Assembly: GCF_964019745.1 (NCBI RefSeq)
Contig: NZ_OZ026462.1
Coordinates: 240,001 to 272,000, forward strand
Source: Candidatus Saccharimonadota bacterium
Lineage (GTDB): Bacteria > Pseudomonadota > Gammaproteobacteria > Burkholderiales > Burkholderiaceae
DNA length: 32,000 nucleotides
Direction: 5' to 3'
Part shown: piece by piece, positions 27,923-32,000 of the stretch
Numbering within the stretch: position 1 is the stretch's first letter
Layout: every line of letters begins with the position of its first letter
The notes under the pieces: model-generated
Seen by the model: the letters and a program-made list of their open reading frames with translations, nothing else
Databases searched by the model: none
What the model was told of the DNA's origin: nothing
Translations under genes and position numbers: made by a program

Positions 27923-29422
27923 TTAAATTAATAAATATTTTATTTTAGTAAAAGTTTTAATAATTATGTTAAAACATATATTTATTAAAAAATCTGGAAA
28001 TATACTTATAAATAAAATAAAAATTATATTTATTATTAATAATATTTTAATTAAAAAATTGTTTTTTATTTTTGTATTAATAATTGGTTTTTTAAATAAA
28101 ATATTTTTTATTATTATTAATAAATAAAATATATTTATTAAAGAAAATATACTTATTAATATTGCTATATATTTTTGATTTAATTTAATTATTATTTTTA
28201 AAATTGAAAATTTAGTATAAAAACCAATTAAAGGTGGTATACCACTTAATGAAAGTATTAAAATTAATGTTATTAAAGTAAGTAAAAAATTTTTTTTTTT
28301 TAAACCATTAAAATTTCTAATATTATTAGATTCATATTTATTTTTTGAAAGAATAATTGTTATTCCTAAAATTCCTAAATTATTAATAACATATATAATT
28401 ATATAAAATAACGAAAAACAAAAAGAATTTATAAATTCTATAGAATTTCTACAAAATATTGTAGATGTTATTCCGAGTAAAATAAATCCACTATGAAAAA
28501 TAGAAGAATAAGCTAATAATCTTTTAATATTTTTTTGCATTATTGCTGCAGTACTTCCAATTATAATTGATAATATTGATATAAATATTAAAATTTTTTT
28601 AAAATTTATTATTATAGGAAAAAAATAATAAAATATTTTTAATATTATAGAAAAAAAAACAATTTTAGGAGTAGAACTTATTAACATAGTTATAGGACAT
28701 ATAGAGCCTTCATAAATATCTGGTATCCACATATGAAATGGTGCTATTCCAAATTTAAAAAATATACTAGATAATATAAAAATTATTCCTAATATTAATA
28801 AATTAAAAAAAAAATTTCCAGATATTAATGAATAATAAATATCATTTAAATTAATAAATTTTGTTGCTCCATATATCATGGAGATTCCATATAAAAAAAA
28901 ACCTGATGCTATAATATTTAAAATAAAATATTTTATAGAAGTTTCATAAGATTTTTTTTTTTTACTTTCTGATATTAATAAACTACTTATAGATAATGAA
29001 GTTAATTCTATACCTAAATAAATAATTAGTAAATTATTACTAGAAACTATTATTGTTTGACCTATTATAGAAGTTAATATAAAAAAAAAAAATTCTTTTT
29101 TTAAATATTTTTTTTTTTTTTTAATTTTAATATTAAAATATTGATAACTATATAATATAATTAATAAATTTATTAAATATATAAATATATTTAAAAAATT
29201 AGAAATTTTATTTTTTATAAAAGTTTTATTGAATAAATAAATAATTTTATTATTTAAATTATATTTAATAGTAAATATTAAACATATTAATAAAGAAAAA
29301 ATTGATAAATAATAATTTATTTTTTTTTTTTTATTAAAAATAATATTAATTATTAAATATATAATAATAGTTATAAATAAAATTATTTCTGGGAAAAAAT
29401 AAATTAAATTTAAATTTTTCAT
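27923..29422 (-). CDS. nuoN: NADH-quinone oxidoreductase subunit N
   Basis: 499-aa polytopic membrane ORF with KRLLAYSSIFHSGFIL (antiporter-like subunit motif). It is last in the nuoL-M-N order. Confidence 0.9.
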   Translation of the reverse strand: MKNLNLIYFFPEIILFITIIIYLIINIIFNKKKKINYYLSIFSLLICLIFTIKYNLNNKIIYLFNKTFIKNKISNFLNIFIYLINLLIILYSYQYFNIKIKKKKKYLKKEFFFFILTSIIGQTIIVSSNNLLIIYLGIELTSLSISSLLISESKKKKSYETSIKYFILNIIASGFFLYGISMIYGATKFINLNDIYYSLISGNFFFNLLILGIIFILSSIFFKFGIAPFHMWIPDIYEGSICPITMLISSTPKIVFFSIILKIFYYFFPIIINFKKILIFISILSIIIGSTAAIMQKNIKRLLAYSSIFHSGFILLGITSTIFCRNSIEFINSFCFSLFYIIIYVINNLGILGITIILSKNKYESNNIRNFNGLKKKNFLLTLITLILILSLSGIPPLIGFYTKFSILKIIIKLNQKYIAILISIFSLINIFYLLIIIKNILFKKPIINTKIKNNFLIKILLIINIIFILFISIFPDFLINICFNIIIKTFTKIKYLLI

Positions 29423-29467
29423 TTTTATAAAAAATAATTTATATTTTATATATAAATAAAATATACA

Positions 29468-30928
29468 TTAACTTAATAAATTTGTTATTGAAGTTTCTAA
29501 TGGAGTAATTATTATTTTAGGAAAAATACCAATAATAAAAATTAAACTTGTAATAATAAATAAAACAAAAAATTCTTTTTTATTAATATCTTTTATTATT
29601 TTAATAGAACATTTTTTTGTTTTATCAAAAATAATTCTTTTTATTAAAAGAAATGAATATATAGCAGACCAAATTAAAATTGTTGATGTTATTATTCCTA
29701 TATAAAAATTATATTTAATAGCACTTATTATTACTAAAAATTCACCAACAAAACTAGAAGTTGAAGGTAAACCACAATTTGCTAAAGATAAAATTATAAA
29801 AAATGTAGAAAAAATAGGTATTTTTTTAATTAATTTACCTAAATTATTAATTTTTTTTGTTTTAGTTTTTTCATATATAATTCCTATTAAGCTAAACATA
29901 GCAATTGAAGTAAATATATGAGAGATCATTTGTATAATTGCTCCTAAAATCCCTATTTTATTTAATAAGAAAATTCCTATTGTTACGATCCCCATATGAT
30001 TTATAGAAGAATATGCTATTAATTTTTTTATATCTTTTTGAACAATTGTTATTAAACCTATATAAACAATAGAAAATAATGATAATATAATTATTATTGG
30101 GGCAAAAAATTTATTAGCTTCTGGTGTAATAGGTAATAAAAATCTTAATATGCCATATGCGCCAAATTTTAACATAATTGCTGCTAGAATAATTGATCCA
30201 TTAGTTGGAGCTTCTCCATGGGCTTCTGGTAACCATGTATGAAATGGCCAAATAGGTAATTTTATAGCAAAAGCAAAAAAAAATGCTAAAAATATTATTT
30301 TTTGTTCATTAAAAGTTAATGGTAAATTATACCAAGATGTAATATCAAAATTTTTAGTTTTGATATATAAATATATTAATGCTAAAAGCATTGTTATTGA
30401 ACCTAATAATGTGTAAAAAAAAAATTTAAATGTTGCATATATTTTTTTTTTCCCACCCCATATTCCAATAATTATAAATATTGGTATTAGTGTAGTTTCT
30501 AAAAAAATATAAAAAAGCATAGAATCAATAGAAGAAAATACTCCTATCATTAATCCTGATAATATTAAAAATAATCCAAAATATTGAGAAATATTTTTTT
30601 TAATATTATCCCATGCTAATAATATAGTTATTAAAGTTGTTAATGCTGTTAATGGTATAAACCATAATGAAATTCCATCAATACCTAAATGATAATTAAT
30701 ATTAAAACATTTTATCCAATGTATTTTTTCTGAAAATTGAAAATTTTTTTCTGAATTTTTAAAAAAATAAATTATTAATAATGTTGGTATGAAACTAATA
30801 ATTGCACTTATTAAAGAAATATATTTTTTAATTTCATTATTTTTATAATTATTAATTAATATTAAAAATATACCACATAATATTGGTAACCATATTGAAA
30901 AACTTAAAATATGTAAAAATAATTTCAT
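29468..30928 (-). CDS. nuoM: NADH-quinone oxidoreductase subunit M
   Basis: 486-aa membrane ORF. Motifs are LGIDGISLWFIPLT, HTWLPEAHGEAPT and KKLIAYSSINHMG. Confidence 0.93.
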   Translation of the reverse strand: MKLFLHILSFSIWLPILCGIFLILINNYKNNEIKKYISLISAIISFIPTLLIIYFFKNSEKNFQFSEKIHWIKCFNINYHLGIDGISLWFIPLTALTTLITILLAWDNIKKNISQYFGLFLILSGLMIGVFSSIDSMLFYIFLETTLIPIFIIIGIWGGKKKIYATFKFFFYTLLGSITMLLALIYLYIKTKNFDITSWYNLPLTFNEQKIIFLAFFFAFAIKLPIWPFHTWLPEAHGEAPTNGSIILAAIMLKFGAYGILRFLLPITPEANKFFAPIIIILSLFSIVYIGLITIVQKDIKKLIAYSSINHMGIVTIGIFLLNKIGILGAIIQMISHIFTSIAMFSLIGIIYEKTKTKKINNLGKLIKKIPIFSTFFIILSLANCGLPSTSSFVGEFLVIISAIKYNFYIGIITSTILIWSAIYSFLLIKRIIFDKTKKCSIKIIKDINKKEFFVLFIITSLIFIIGIFPKIIITPLETSITNLLS

Positions 30929-30933
30929 TTTAA

Positions 30934-32000
30934 TTAAAACTTTATAGGTAAATAAATTAAAATCATTAATAATCCTATTATCATAGTAAAAATATATTTA
31001 TGAATATATCCGGAATTTAATGATTTTGTAAATTTTGAAATAATTTTTATTATTTTAATAATTCCAAATAAAAAAAAATTATTAAATATTTTTTTTTCTA
31101 TAAAAATTTTCATTTTTTTACATATTAAAATTAATAAATAAGAAATTTTTTTAAAAAAAATATCAATAAAATATTTTTTTTTTAAAATTTTATATATAAA
31201 ATTAAATTTATTTTTTAAATAAGTTGTGAAATTTATATTTATTATATATACATAATATGTTATAAAAATCCCTATTATTATTAATAAAAAAGGAATAGTT
31301 TTCCAAGCTTTAAGACTCATTAAAAATGGATTAATAAAAATTTTTTTTAAATATTTAATATTTTTAAAATTAATGTTTGTAGTTATACATTTTTTAAAAA
31401 AATTTTTAAAAATTATTGGTTTTATAAGAAAATAACCTAAAAAAAATGAGGGAATACTTAAAATTATTAAAGGAATTTTTATAAAATAATTAGATTTTTT
31501 TTTTTTATTATTAATATTTTTTTTAGAAGTTTTATGAAATATTTTAAAATACATTCTAAATGAATATAAAGTAGTTATTAAAATAGAAAATAATGATGAA
31601 AAATATGCAAAATTAGAGCCTGTTATTTTAGTTTTTGATAATATTTTTATTATACTTTCTTTAGAATAAAATCCTGAGAAAAAAGGTATTCCTATTAAAC
31701 TAAATATAGAAATTAAAAAAGTTGCCCATGTTATTGGTATATTTTTTTTAATATTATTATTTATATATCTTATATCTTGTATATGATTATTATTTATAAT
31801 TATTGATCCTGCACATAAAAAAAGTAATGCTTTAAAAAAAGCATGAGTAATTAAATGAAATATTGCTATAGAATATGCTGAAGCACCTAATGCCATGGTC
31901 ATATATCCTAATTGAGATATAGTAGAATATGCTATTATTTTTTTTATATCATTTTGAATAATTGCAAGTATTCCCATAAACATAGATGTTATTCCTCCAA
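30934..32000 (-). CDS. nuoL: NADH-quinone oxidoreductase subunit L, C-terminal part (gene continues past the right edge)
   Basis: IIAYSTISQLGYM and HAFFKALLFLCAGS are NuoL motifs. The frame stays open upstream of Met 31983 to position 32000 (..GGITS-MFMG..). Confidence 0.9.
   Translation of the reverse strand, partial: GGITSMFMGILAIIQNDIKKIIAYSTISQLGYMTMALGASAYSIAIFHLITHAFFKALLFLCAGSIIINNNHIQDIRYINNNIKKNIPITWATFLISIFSLIGIPFFSGFYSKESIIKILSKTKITGSNFAYFSSLFSILITTLYSFRMYFKIFHKTSKKNINNKKKKSNYFIKIPLIILSIPSFFLGYFLIKPIIFKNFFKKCITTNINFKNIKYLKKIFINPFLMSLKAWKTIPFLLIIIGIFITYYVYIININFTTYLKNKFNFIYKILKKKYFIDIFFKKISYLLILICKKMKIFIEKKIFNNFFLFGIIKIIKIISKFTKSLNSGYIHKYIFTMIIGLLMILIYLPIKF

Noticed and set aside
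1-32000. Mobile elements, CRISPR arrays, prophage, toxin-antitoxin, restriction or other defence systems, secondary-metabolite clusters
   Set aside because: I scanned both strands. Every ORF of 70 aa or more is either a recognisable housekeeping or biosynthetic gene or an antisense artefact. The only tandem repeats are the iscU microsatellites and homopolymers. There are no spaced direct repeats, inverted terminal repeats, or transposase or integrase motifs.

Overview
This is a gene-dense window from an extremely A+T-rich, strongly reduced bacterial genome. Coding regions hold nearly all the G+C, and several spacers are almost pure A/T.

Contents (about 31 protein genes, 3 tRNAs, 1 tmRNA):
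- rbfA (partial), infB and rimP
- a tusA-like gene, a truncated alaS and a CxxC thioredoxin-fold gene
- tsaB, tRNA-Cys and tRNA-Gly
- a malic enzyme and an esterase
- iscS-iscU-hscB-hscA-fdx
- a Cys/Met-family sulfhydrylase
- trpA, trpB, trpF, truA and tRNA-CAU
- rpoD, dnaG and rpsU
- a RecB/AddA-like helicase divergent from trxA-rho-rpmE2
- a moeB/thiF-like E1 enzyme and the tmRNA
- nuoN, nuoM and nuoL (partial)

The separate trpF next to truA and the trxA-rho-type-B-L31 arrangement fit betaproteobacterial ancestry. The overall picture is an obligate nutritional endosymbiont making Trp and Met and keeping Fe-S assembly and respiration. The organism cannot be identified from the sequence alone.

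I found no mobile elements, CRISPR, prophage, toxin or defence loci, and no novel multi-gene system. The interesting material is how core genes have been remodelled:
- hscA has no canonical start codon and no helical lid.
- alaS is cut down to the aminoacylation core.
- dnaG is shortened at its C-terminus.
- The RecB/AddA-like helicase keeps its helicase motifs, but its nuclease motif residues appear substituted.
- Two in-frame hexanucleotide microsatellites build a K/T/R tail on IscU.
- A22/A23 homopolymers sit inside genes.
- Thioredoxin carries a WCNPC active site.
- nusA and iscA are missing from their conserved positions.
- Two spacers of about 0.6 kb are roughly 1-2 % G+C.
- Stop codon usage is almost exclusively TAA, with no sign of UGA recoding.

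All homology calls come from my reading of the ORF translations and motifs, not from database searches.
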